Positions 13,840 to 26,435 of a stretch of DNA of 64,000 nt are shown here, piece by piece (position 1 is the first letter of the stretch; each line of letters opens with the position of its first letter). Source of the DNA: Octopus sinensis (taxonomy: Eukaryota). Both the position numbers and the translations under genes were made by a program. The stretch is from assembly GCF_006345805.1 (NCBI RefSeq), contig NC_043001.1:130696001-130760000 (forward strand). The letters run 5' to 3'. The notes below the pieces were generated by a model. The model saw only the letters and a list, made by a program, of their open reading frames with translations, was not told where the DNA came from and did no database searches.

Positions 13840-14590
13840 CGGCATAGGAGTGGCTATGTGGTAAGTAGCTTGCTTACCAACAACATGGTCCCGGTTTCAG
13901 TCCCACTGCGTAGCACCTCTGGTAAGTGTCTTCTACTATAGCCTCGGGCCGACCAAAGCCTTGTGAGTGGATTTGGTAGACGGAAACTGAAAGAAGCCCG
14001 TCGTATATATGTATATATGAAGGCGCGTGGCTCAGTGGTTAGAGCGTCGAGCTTACGATCGTGAGGTTGTGAGCTCGAATCCCGGACCGGGCTGCATGTT
14101 GTGTTCTTGAGCAAGACACTTTATTTCACGTTGCTCCAGTTCACTCAGCTGTAGAAATGAGTTGCGGCGTCACAGGTGCCAAGCTGTATCGGCCCTTGCC
14201 TTTCCCTTGGACAACATCGGTGATGTGGAGAGGGGAAGCCGGTATGCATGGGCGACTGCTGGTCTTCCATGAAACAACCTTGCCCAGACTTGTGCTTCAT
14301 AGAGTAACTCTCTAGGTGCAAACCCATGGTCAGTGTCTGACCGAAGGGGGACACTATGCACTATATGTATGTATGTGTGTGTAGATGTTTGTGTGTCTGT
14401 GCTTGTCCCTCCAACATAGCTTGACAACTGACGATGGTGTTTAGGTCCCCATAACATAGCAGTTCAACATAAGAGACCAATAGAATAAGTACTAGGTTTA
14501 CAAAGAATAAGTCCTGGGGTCGATTTTCTCAACTAAAGGCGGTGCTCCAGCATGGCCACAGTCACATGACTGAAACAAGTAAAAGAGTAA
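13840..14590 (+). mobile_element. SINE family A with nested SINE C (14019-14351)
   Basis: A left half, C insertion in the TA tract, A right half. Confidence 0.85.
14019..14351 (+). mobile_element. SINE family C (tRNA-like head, CORE-like middle, LINE-like tail)
   Basis: A box tggctcagtgg, B box gctcgaatcc; middle ttcttgagcaagacactttatttc resembles the CORE domain; homolog at 31988-32298. Confidence 0.75.
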
Positions 14591-16259
14591 AAAAATATTC
14601 CAATATAGTAAAAATCACTTGCCAAAGGTACCACACAGTGGGACTGGACCCAGGACCATGGGGTTGGGAAGTAGACTTCTTACCACACCACTTATAAACA
14701 TATATATATATATATACATACATATAGATAGATAGATAATACATATGTATATATATTGATAGATATATAGATAGATTATATATATATATATATATAGGGA
14801 GAGAGAGAGAGAGAGAGAGAGAGAAAATTGAACACTCATACACAAAATATGTGTTGGTAGTTCGTGGGTCAGCTGCAGTCTTTAGGTGTAAGAGAATATA
14901 TTTTCTTATGCCTAAAATCTGTAGCCGACCCATGAACTATCAACACACGTATCATGTGTATGTATGTTTGATTTTGCATAAATACCTCAAGCTACTTCTA
15001 ATTCATATTTGAAGATATATATATATTCCCTCTCTCTCTTTCGGAGAGGCAGTGAGCAGCTATACGCACACCTACCCAAAGTGCCACGCAGTGGGACTGA
15101 ACCCTAAGCCATGTAGCTAGGATATATATATATATATATACATAAATATATACATATATATATATATACATATATATACATATACACACACACACATATA
15201 TATATAGATATACACATATATATACATATACACACACACACACAACACACACACACACATATATATATATACACTCATACATATATATATATATGCATAC
15301 ATCCAAATATACACATTTGCATTCATATATCTACACACATACAGAAATCCATGCACACACACATGTGTGTGTGTGTTTGTGTGTGTGGATTTCTGTAGAT
15401 ATGCACATATATTGAGAGTTAATAGAACAGTGGACAACCATTAATATTTTCTTTTCTTATGAACAGCTCTAAGTTGTGTGCTTGGACAAGGCTCTAAATC
15501 TTCACAGCCAAAGTCATCAATCTAGGAGCAATTAGCATTGCAGTTTATAGATTATCACTGTAAGCAGAAGCCATGCTGTATTTAACAGGCATATTGTGCT
15601 GCGTATAGCTCCAGCTTGAAAAGTTCACTTCAAGCTGCCTAGATCAAGAAAAATATTTTCCTCTCATCTACTAAACATGACAGAAACTGGGGGTAAGTCA
15701 TTGCTGTGTCTATAGATCCTAGCAGATGATATTCCTTTAGACACAACAATAAAAACAACAATAAAAACACTGAAACTAATGAAGTCTCTGATGGAAATCA
15801 AATCTTTAGTATCTTAGTGATCAAATACGATAACAACTGCCCTGTAGAGACACTGCTTTAATTATAGTTTCAAACTGAGTGTACAAGGTATTAATCTGCA
15901 ATAATAAGATTTTCTACACTGGTTTCATACAAAATTTATTTTGCAACTTAACTTATATATCTATATATCTATCTATCTATCTATCTATATTATATATAAT
16001 ATATATATATATATATTATTTGAGTAGTTGAATGAATTATCTTATTAAGGATAATTCGAAAGATAACCGATACCTGGGTAGCAAATTCACATCAGAAAGA
16101 ACACGGTTGAAGCTACGCCCCTAGGGCATAGCTACGTGTCTTCGTGCGGAAATTTGTATGTTTATTTTTAAATTATAAGTATATGAAGAATGGAGTTGAA
16201 CGACTTGAGAATAAAAGATATTTGTTAACTAGTCGTTCAACTCCATTCTTTCATATACT

Positions 16260-16302
<43 letters not shown>

Positions 16303-16384
16303 CATGTATGGTATGTATGTACGTGTGTCTGTTTGTGTGTTTGTGTGAGTGCATATATAACTGTATATATGAGTGTATTTATAT

Positions 16385-16591
16385 ATATGTGACCACGTGT
16401 GTACCGTTGGTGATTTTTTCCCTCTGTCTTCCCTTCTCTGGATCTTTCCTTCTCCTATGTTTCCATCGAAGAGCTCTACTCGAAACATTAAACCCTCCTT
16501 CTTTCCTTCTTTCCTGAGCGTCCAATAATACTATATTTGTTCCACGTCCTTGCGTTGTTGTGTTTTCTTTTGTGCTTTCATGTTTGGATTA

Positions 16592-16600
<9 letters not shown>
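16385..16600 (+). mobile_element. Family H2 element with decayed hammerhead
   Basis: gttt-CCATCGA-agagctctactc-GAAACATT-aaac; rest matches reverse complement of 1921-2110. Confidence 0.65.
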
Positions 16601-16622
<22 letters not shown>

Positions 16623-17129
16623 CATGGATGTATGGTTAAGAAGGTCATTTCTCAATGGTGTGTATTTAAGTTCAGTCCCACAGCAAGATACTTCATGCAG
16701 AGATGTCTTCTATTAATGCCTCAAGCTAAGCAAAACACTAAGAGAGTATTTTGTAGACAGGATGTGAAAGAAACCTATTGCATAATGATATATAAATATA
16801 TGTATATGTGTATCCATCCATCCAGCAGCATCACTTATCGTCCCTATTCCATGTTGGCATGGGTTGTGGTTGGAAAGTCCAGCAGGACTGAACAAGCTGG
16901 AAGACTGCTTTGTTCTCCAATGTCCATTTTCGCATGGTTTCTATAGTTGGATGCACTTCCTAACATCAACCCACTTTGAAGAATGTATTGGGTGCCTTTT
17001 TCCATCACAGCACTAGTACTAATGTGGTCACCAAGTAAATTGCAAAACAAGACGTTGCAAATGAGTGGGAGTGTAACATTGAGTGGGAGTGTAACATTGA
17101 GTGGGGTGGCATTGAGTCTGGTGTTGAGA

Positions 17130-17410
17130 GGCTGCTTTATGATAAAGAGAGGGAAGAGGTTTCGTGTTGTAGAGGAGATACATGGCAACTCCACCAGCAG
17201 GAAAGGAAGAAAGGATGGTGGAGATATCAGAGCATACCCTCAATGTACAAGAAAGCGAGTATAAGAGAGAATTTAGGGAGGTGATTGAGAATGTGTGGAA
17301 GAATAGGTACATAAGAGTGTGGAAGGAGAATGGAGATTTTTAGAGATGGGGACAATCTAGATCAGCAAGTAAAGGATCCTGTCAAAGCTAATAGAAAGCC
17401 AAGTACAGCA
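17130..17410 (-). mobile_element. Old CR1/L2-like RT fragment
   Basis: AFDRI... followed by GVCSDISTI segment resembling the RT region before GVPQG; heavily decayed. Confidence 0.4.
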
Positions 17411-17724
17411 GTTTACTTTTAGCAAAAACTTTCTTCTGGAATTTCCTTACTAAGAAGAGAGCACAAAACCAAACTGCATTTTATCTAATCTAACTCTATT
17501 CCTAAGTTTTTGAGCAAAAACTAATTTTCATGATCTGATCCACCAATTTGATATATCTATAATTACTTCTCTATGAGGCTGTAGGTATGTATATATAAAT
17601 ATATATATATATAATTAGCGAGAGAGAGAGACAGAGTGAGACAGACAGATAGGTAGTTAGATAAATAGGTAGATATTGAAAATGTTAAGAATTTTCACAT
17701 GAGCAAATTTGTATTAAAAAGAAA

Positions 17725-18105
17725 AGGAAGAAAATACTGAGTTTATCATGAACAAACCAACAAATTTTTTTTATCAAAAATATGTTACTTGTTTCAATTG
17801 TCTAAATCAATTTAGTCATGTTGTAAAAGAAAGTAAAATAAACTGAATTGAATTGAATTAATCTTTAATGATATCAGTTTTGGGTGTTCCAAGGTTTTCT
17901 ATAAAAAAATTCACATGGTGCCTGTTGTTGTAATGTGAACATCCAAAACTGATATCATAAACGATTAATTTATTTCTATTTATTTTTCCTGCCCTTTAGG
18001 TATGATTAAATTAACTTAAAACAATTGAAACTGGTAGCATATTCTGATAAAAAATGTAGATTTTTTTTTTTGCTTGTTTACGATAGTTCTCAAAATATTT
18101 TCTTA
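17725..18105. repeat. Old fold-back (MITE-like) palindrome
   Basis: Arms about 17725-17889 and 17937-18105 are degenerate reverse complements; inner 20 bp match at 19 positions. Confidence 0.7.
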
Positions 18106-18365
18106 TATATACACACTTCATTTGTGGGTTAACAAGACAGCCAATCTTTTCAGGTAAAAAGATTTTCACAATTGCTCAAGTAAGCCACATGCAAGTTTTG
18201 GTATTCTCATCCAAAATGGAGACAAGTACCATGTGGTATGCTTAAATAATTGTAATGATCTTCTCACATGAAACCATTAGTCATATTGTTAACCTCCAGA
18301 TAAAGAATATTTTCCCACCAATTCAGTGTTGAGCACTCTTTCTCATTGTTCAATATTATCATACA

Positions 18366-18408
<43 letters not shown>

Positions 18409-18453
18409 AAGTGTGTGTGTGTGTGTGCGTGTGTGTGTGCATGCAAGTGTGTG

Positions 18454-18728
18454 TATCATTTGAGGTACACAGTATAAAGATGAGAGCTACTAACAGATTC
18501 TTGCTGTGAAGACACATGGCCAGGCAGGTTTTTATAATGTGCCCTGTGTCTCCAAACAATCTTCAGACATTGAAGGATGCTTATCTTCAAATAGAACAGA
18601 CCATGTGCTAAGTAATTGAAGATTGCCTGAAAATGCAAGGCACATTATAAAACCCCACCTAGCACCATGTCTTCACAGCAAGAAACTATAAGTAACTCTT
18701 ATCTTTATACTGTGCACATTAAATGATA
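18454..18728. repeat. Fold-back palindrome
   Basis: Arms 18454-18565 and 18617-18728, e.g. ttcttgctgtgaagaca / tgtcttcacagcaagaa. Confidence 0.75.
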
Positions 18729-18789
18729 TTTATCTCTCTCTGGATGTAGTACTTCTTTGTTGATCCTACCTAAATGTAACAGTAAACTA

Positions 18790-19068
18790 TATATATATAT
18801 AAAGTTAATCCAAACAAGAAAGCACAAAAAACACAACAACGCGAGGACGTGGAACAAATATAGTGTTATTGGATGCTCAGGAAAGAAGGAAAGGAGGGTT
18901 TAACGTTTCGAGCAGACCTCTTCATCGGAAACATAGGAGAAGGAAAGATCCAGAGAAGGGAAGACAGAGGAAAAAAAATCGACAACGGTACACACATATA
19001 TATATATATATAAAGATCCAGAGAAGGGAAGACAGAGGAAAAAAAATCGACAATGGTACACACACGGT

Positions 19069-19100
<32 letters not shown>

Positions 19101-19250
19101 GATCTCTGGATCTTTCCTTCTCCTATGTTTCCGACGAAGAGCTCCGCTTGAAACGTTAAACCCTCCTTCTTTCCTTCTTTCCTGAGCGTCCAATATATTT
19201 GTTCTACGTCCTCGCGTTGTGTTTTTTGTGCTTTCTTGTTTGGATATATA
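18790..19250. mobile_element. Head-to-head inverted pair of family H2 elements around a (CA)/(TA) spacer
   Basis: Left arm carries the motif on minus, right arm (19100-19245) on plus; internal duplication near 19010-19060. Confidence 0.7.
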
Positions 19251-19361
19251 TATATATATTTTATTTTATAGAAGGAGCTCCTTCTATAAAATAAGTTACT
19301 TTACTCTGCTATATATTGAGTACCTTATTTACTGTGGTTAACCCCGACTCAACCCGGGACC

Positions 19362-19404
<43 letters not shown>

Positions 19405-19774
19405 CAAATAATAAGAAAAGAAATTCTTTAACACATCTTTAATGATTTACTACAATTGTTTCTCAACCAACTTCGTTTGCGACACCAATTTACATAATAT
19501 TCAAAGAGAAAATTTAGGTAATATTTGCAATTTTAGACTTCAGACTGACACTTCATCAGACTTGCATCAAAAGTGCACTCTTACAGTGTGTGTCTTCCAG
19601 ACATTGTTTTTTTTTAATTTATATTATGCAGAAACAAAAAGTAAATAAAAATATGGTTAGGGGATAAATAATTAGAATAGAGATCATGTGGGAAGGATGA
19701 AGAGGAAGAAGAAAAAGAGGAATACAAAGAAGATACACACACACACACATACATACATATATATGCATGTATCA

Positions 19775-20058
19775 TCATCATCATCGTTTAACGTCCGTTC
19801 TCCATGCTAGCATGGGTTGGACGGTTCGACCGTGGATCTGGGAAGCCAGAAGGCTGCACCAGGCTCCGGTCTTATCTGGCAGTGTTTCTACAGCTGGATG
19901 CCGTTCCTAACGCCAACCACTCCGTGGGTGTAGTGGGTGCTTTTTACGTGCCACCTGCACTGGTGCCAGGCGAGACTGGCATCGGCCACGGTCAGATTGG
20001 TGCATTTTACGTGCCACCTGCACGGAAGCCAGTCGAGGCGGCACTGGCTTCGGCCAAG

Positions 20059-20090
<32 letters not shown>

Positions 20091-21105
20091 ATATATATAT
20101 AGCTGAACATGTTGAATACAATTGAACATTCGTTACTTCCGCCATTTCACCTGAAGAAATGAACGCATGAAGAAAGATGTTCATGGATATTGCAAATCTG
20201 ACTCTTATCCCAGGTATGTGGACTATGGTTACAAAACCATGTGATCTGTGAAAATGCATGTAGCAATGCATTAAAATAGTTATTAATTCCATCCATGGAT
20301 TACTTTTATTATTATTACAATATATACCTATATACATACATATATATTAGAAGGCTTGGAGATGATGTACAGGTATTATATATTAGAAGAAATGAGGTAC
20401 TCAGAAATCTGGATGGTTTTATATTTATTAGTATGTTACATGTTTTTATAAATCATATATCATATATTAGTGCTTTCGTCCACTCTAGTGGAGTTTTCAA
20501 ATTGAACTATTTAAAAATTGAATAATTAGAAAACTCCACTAGAGTGGATGAAAGCGCTAATATATATGATTTATAAAAACATGTAACATATGAATAAATA
20601 TCTGTAAATATAAAACCATCCAGATTTCTGAGTACCTCATACATACATATATATATATATATATCATCATCATCATCATCATCGTTTAACGTCCGTTTTC
20701 CGCGCTAGCACGGGTTGGACGGTTCGACCGGAGTCTGGGAAGCCGGGGCTGCACCAGGCTCCAGTCTGATCTAGCAGTGTTTCTACAGCTGGATGCCCTT
20801 CCTGATGCCAACCACTCCGTGAGTGTAGTGGGTGCTTTTTACGTGCCACCTGCACTGGTGCCAGGTGAGGCTGGTATCGGCCACGGTTGGATTGGTGCAT
20901 TTTATGTGCCACCTGCACGGGAGCCAGTCGAGGCGGCACTGGCTTCGGCCACGATTTGGATGGTGCTTTTTACGTACCACCGACACGGAAGCCAGTCGAG
21001 GCGGCGCTGGCATCGGTCACGATTTGGATGGTGCTTTTTACGTACCACCGACACGGAAGCCAGTCGAGGCGGCGCTGGCATCGGTCACGATTCGGATAGT
21101 GCTTT
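19775..21105 (-). mobile_element. Two RTE 3'UTR-derived copies (19775-20060; 20665-21105 with about 68-bp internal tandem repeats)
   Basis: Match reverse complement of 52620-52825; other copies about 2960-3125, 5320-5500, 16830-17040, 38940-39203, 47600-47765, 53350-53525. Confidence 0.8.
20392..20640. mobile_element. Fold-back element (arms 20392-20498 and 20529-20640), probable PLE-type inverted termini
   Basis: Arms are reverse complements; each has stem TCCAC-TAGA-GTGGA followed by GAAAGC(G/A)CTA. Confidence 0.6.
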
Positions 21106-21660
21106 TTATATATATACACACTCACACGCACACACACACATGCATTATAAGACTAAATAACAAAGGAGTGTTTAATTCATTAGCTTAGACCTGTATCTAT
21201 CAAGAAAGTTGAACACTGTTACGTATAGAGTACTTCATGCCCCCAGTTTGTTTAATGCCATTGAATTCATTTATTAGGTGAGAGAATTACATTTATACGC
21301 ATACCTGCACCAGGTGACTTGAGTTTACAATGATTTATCTTCAGAAGAAACAGCATAAAAGGTAAGTGTAAAGAATAAAGCAATGAGTGAGAAAATATAA
21401 ACATTTGTAGCCACATATATATATATATATATCCCTTATAACCACTCACACATACACACATATATATATAGAGAGAGAGAGAGAGTGAAAGAGAAAGAGG
21501 GAGTGAGAGAAAGAGAGTGAGTTGGAAAGAGAGGACATAGATGAGAAGGCAAGTTTGAAGTGGTGATCACTGCATACTGGACAATGTTTTCCACATAGAA
21601 ACATATGGTGTCTGTCTATTCACACTGTCACATATATATATATGTATATATATATAATAT

Positions 21661-21716
<56 letters not shown>

Positions 21717-21766
21717 TATATATATATATATAATATAATATTATATATATATATACACCACCACAC

Positions 21767-21798
<32 letters not shown>

Positions 21799-22279
21799 TA
21801 TACACACATATATATATATATATATACATACAACAGAGTTTGTACACATTCACACACTTACATATTAATGACTGTAATAATAACGAATAAATCTCAAACA
21901 TTAGTAGAACGTATATATATCTTTTAAAATTTAACTCTGTGGGTGTGTGTTGTGTGTGTGTGTGTGTGCGTGTGTGTGTGTGTGTGTGTAGCTATTATCA
22001 TTCAATGTTTCTTTTCCATGCTGGCATGAGTTTTGAATTAATGAGTCTACTAATGTATTTGTGGGATTTGATGTTGTTAGGTGCCCTGCTGTAGTCACCT
22101 CACTCTGCGATCCCTTTCTTGGTCTCCCCATTTATGCATTTGTAAGTAAATATTCATGCATATATGTGTGTGTGTGTGTGTGTGTAAATACTTATTTACA
22201 TATATACATACACAAAAACACATGCTTATATACATATATACACACACACACGTACACACATATATATATAGATAAATAC

Positions 22280-22314
<35 letters not shown>

Positions 22315-22316
22315 GG

Positions 22317-22367
<51 letters not shown>

Positions 22368-22432
22368 GTAGGTAGGTAGGTAGGTAGGTAGGTAGGTAGG
22401 TAGGTAGGTAGATAGATAGATAGATAGATAGG

Positions 22433-22483
<51 letters not shown>

Positions 22484-22628
22484 GTAGATAGGTAGATAGA
22501 TAGGTAGGTAGATAGGTAGATAGATAGGTAGGTAGGTAGGTAGGTGGGTAGGTAGATAGATAGATAGATAGGTAGATAGATAGGTAGGTAGGTAGGTAGG
22601 TAGGTAGATAGATAGATAGGTAGATAGG

Positions 22629-22671
<43 letters not shown>

Positions 22672-22700
22672 GTAGGTTAGTAGGTAGGTAGATTGATAGG
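22280..22700. repeat. (GACA)(GATA)(GGTA) array
   Basis: Direct. Confidence 0.95.
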
Positions 22701-22707
22701 TGGTAGA

Positions 22708-22782
22708 AGATATGTTTCTTTATTAGCACACAGGCTGCACACAGATAGAACAAATTACAAGGTAGAGCTTTCTTTGAAGGTT

Positions 22783-22813
<31 letters not shown>

Positions 22814-23400
22814 TAGGAAGGGGGAGTTTCGATCAAAGGGATCGTAAAAGGAGAGAAAGAGGACAAAAATAAGGGGGGTAAAAAAAAAAAAAAGGGGGGG
22901 AGAGAGGGAAAAAAAAAATGATCAATAGGGACGTTATCACAGAAATGTCAATATGAAGTGTAAAGGGGAGGACAGGTGAGGTTACCCGTGGAAAGAAAGC
23001 TGCGGAAAAGACCACGGTAACCTCGGTCAATGAAGTCACATTTTATATTTCTTTTTTTTTTTTTTTTTTTTTTTGCAAATAAGCAACTCTCTGTTGCGAT
23101 TTCTTGGGTTCATAGGATATGCTCAAGGTGGCTTCGTCATTCATACGTGCCATTCTTGCTACATTCACCCATCTTTTTTTAAAACATTCGCTAGACAAAA
23201 CTTGCCTCTCTACTCTCACTTTCCTTTTCAAGTGGTACTTGAAGAAGTTGTGATGAGATTGACCAGAGAGGAAAGTGTTTGTCTCCAATCCTTTCAGACG
23301 CGTCCACCAGATACATTCTTTCGCCATAGCCACAAGGATGATGAAAAAGCTCTTCCTTCCCGTTTGAAGGAGGAGGCGTGACAATATTGACGATAGACTC
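22708..23400 (-). mobile_element. 3' end of a Tx1/L1-like LINE in a (TATC)/(TACC) array
   Basis: ORF remnant AKECIWWTR...FFKYHLKRKVRVER...FKKRW, T-rich 3' UTR, AATAAA near end; second 3' end at 25130-25285. Confidence 0.65.
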
Positions 23401-24160
23401 AGCTAGGTAGATAGATAGATAGATAGGTAGATAGATAGATAAATAGATAGATAGGTAGATAGATAGATAGATAGACAGACAGATTGATAGATAGATATAC
23501 AAATAAATAACCATCCATGCATATATACACACACTCACACACATACACACATGCACACACATGCACACACACACACATACCTATAACTATGTGTATATGT
23601 GCTTGTGAGTCTATATGCACATATGTGTATGCTTAAACATACGTTTCCTTCCTGCATCCATATGATGTATTTATATACATATACAAAGACAAACGCACAT
23701 TCACACACATACCAACACCTACACGACTTACACAGACACACACACATGCCATACACATGCCCAAGAACAGAAGTAATAATGAGTTATGAAAAGTTGGTAA
23801 ATCACGGAAAATTGGTCGGAGATCTGTCGGAAAGATATGCCTGTATCTTACTCCTTGTTCTCCGTCCCCCTCCCCGCTTACTTTCTCCTCCCACTCCATC
23901 ACCTACCCTCTTTCTCTATTCCTCTCTTTCTTTCTTACTACTTCTCTTTTACTGTCTCATCTCTATTTGTCCTACATCTCTCTCTCTCCCTCCCTCTTTG
24001 GTTGTTTGCCTATCTCTAACTACCGAACTATGTTGTATATATATATATATATATATATATAATAAATATTAGGGAATAAATCCAAATTTACAGGGAAAAA
24101 AACCAGATTTAGGATTAAATCCAATTTTATAGTAAAATATTATAAAATATTATTAGTTAT

Positions 24161-24201
<41 letters not shown>

Positions 24202-25129
24202 TATAATATTATATATATATGTATATTTATATATATGTATATATATATTATATATATAATATATACACACACACACAATAATATATATATTAATGTATAA
24301 TATATTTCTGTATATATGATTGTATATATATATGTGTATGTATGTACACACACATATACATATATATTATATATATAATGTATAACATATTTATGTATAT
24401 TTGATGTATATACATTATATGCATTATTATATATATGATTTTTGTATGTATATATGATGCATGTATATATATAAATTATATATATATATAAATTGTTATG
24501 AATTACATACATTTATATATGTGTGTATGTATGTATATTTGTATAGATATGTATGTATGTACATATATATATATATTTCTTAAATATCTAACATAGGTCT
24601 TCCATCTACTGTCCCCAACCCCCTTTCTTTACTCTCTCTCTCTCCCTATCTTTCCCCCCTCCCTCTCTCTTAGTCTCTTACATAAGCACATCCATTTGCC
24701 AGCAGTTTACCATGACGAAGAAGCTTTACCATTCTCAGAAACCAATCTCTACCATAATAACTATAAATCACAGAACCACCAATCTTCCTTTGATGCTAAC
24801 AATAACGCAACATTTCTTGCCAACATATGTAATGCGCTGGTCTATAGATAAGTGTTTGTGTGCATTGCAACTGTAGGACTATCCCCATCACCATTGCCAT
24901 CGTTGTTCTTGTCATCATCATTATCGTTATTGACATCATTGTCAACATCATCATCATCATTGACATCACCATCAACTTACCTACCTACTCACCTAATAGC
25001 TCTCACTTTCAATCTCTATTTCTCTCTCTCTTTCCTGTCTCTCTCTGTCTATCTGTCTATCTGCCTTTTTTTTTTTTCATTTCTCTTTTCTTTTGTTCCT
25101 TTTCCTTTTTTTATTTTTTGTTCTTTTTT

Positions 25130-25285
25130 TCCCTTTTACGATCCCTTTTGATCAAAAACCTACGCCACCATTTTTTTTTGTTTCCTTTGTTTTTTTGTTT
25201 TTTTTTCATCCCCCAAAAGCAAAAACTCTACCTTGTAACTTATCCCATCTGTGTGCAGCCCTGTGTGGCCAATAAAGAAACTTAT
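25130..25285 (+). mobile_element. Short 3' end of the same Tx1-like family
   Basis: ctctaccttgtaa...tgtgtgcagccctgtg...aataaagaaac matches 22708-22770; followed by (TATC)n. Confidence 0.65.
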
Positions 25286-25883
25286 CTATCTATCTATCTA
25301 TCTATCTAGCCCTCAATCACAGATCTGTTTTATCCATACTCATCTGACCTTTTTTACTAATTTAAATATCATTGGTGCACATTACATGAAAAGTTAAAGA
25401 TAGGTGTAAGCATGGTTGGGTGGTTAAGAAGCTTGCTTTGCAATTGCTTGGTTTCAAGTTCAGTCCCACTGCATAGTATCTTGGATAATTGTCTTCTACT
25501 GTAGCCTTGAGGTGGCCAATGTCCTGTGACAATTTGATTAAAAGAAATTTGGTAAACAGAAACTGCACAGAGGACCATCATATATACACAGTATATATAT
25601 ATTATATATATATATATATATATATTACACAACTAATGTAGGATAAAACATTTTTCGAAAAAAAAAATTTTATCAATGGCCAGCATATCAAAAAATACCT
25701 TTAAAGGTTAAATTTATAAATAACTTATAAAATAAGGGCAAAAGAAAAATTCTAATGCCAAATATGCCAAAAAAAAAAACAAAATTGTCAATAACCATTA
25801 TAATTTATGCGTCTCGAAACAAGCCGATAGAAATTTCTAAAAAATCCGTTATTACCGTATTGGTCTCAATAAGTTATATATAT

Positions 25884-25951
<68 letters not shown>

Positions 25952-25964
25952 TATAATATATATA

Positions 25965-26011
<47 letters not shown>

Positions 26012-26020
26012 TAATATATA

Positions 26021-26051
<31 letters not shown>

Positions 26052-26069
26052 TTGGATGGATGGATGGAT

Positions 26070-26435
26070 ACAGATGCAGGTATGTCTGAGTGGTAAGAGG
26101 CTTGCTTCTCAACCATATGGTTCTGGGTTCTGTCCCACTGTATGGCACCTTTGGCAAGTGTCTTCTACTATAACCTTGGCCAACCAAAGCTTTGTGAGTA
26201 GATTTGGGAGACAGAAACTGAAAGAAGGCCACGTGCACACATGCATGTGTGTGTGTGTGTTTTTGTCCCCTACCACTCCCTGATAACAGATGTTGGTGTG
26301 TTTATGCTTCTGTAACTTAGCAAAACAATAAGGACTATACTTAAGAAATAAGTACTGGGGTTGATTTGTTCAACTATACCCTTCAAGTGCTCCAGCATGG
26401 CTGCAGTTCAATGACTGAAACAAATAAAAGAAGAT
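26070..26435 (+). mobile_element. SINE family A (diverged)
   Basis: Head, internal TG tract and tail recognisable. Confidence 0.75.

Noticed and set aside
20831-21105. CRISPR-like periodic arrays (also 9286-9530)
   Set aside because: Whole-unit tandem repeats with no unique spacers, in a eukaryotic context with no cas genes
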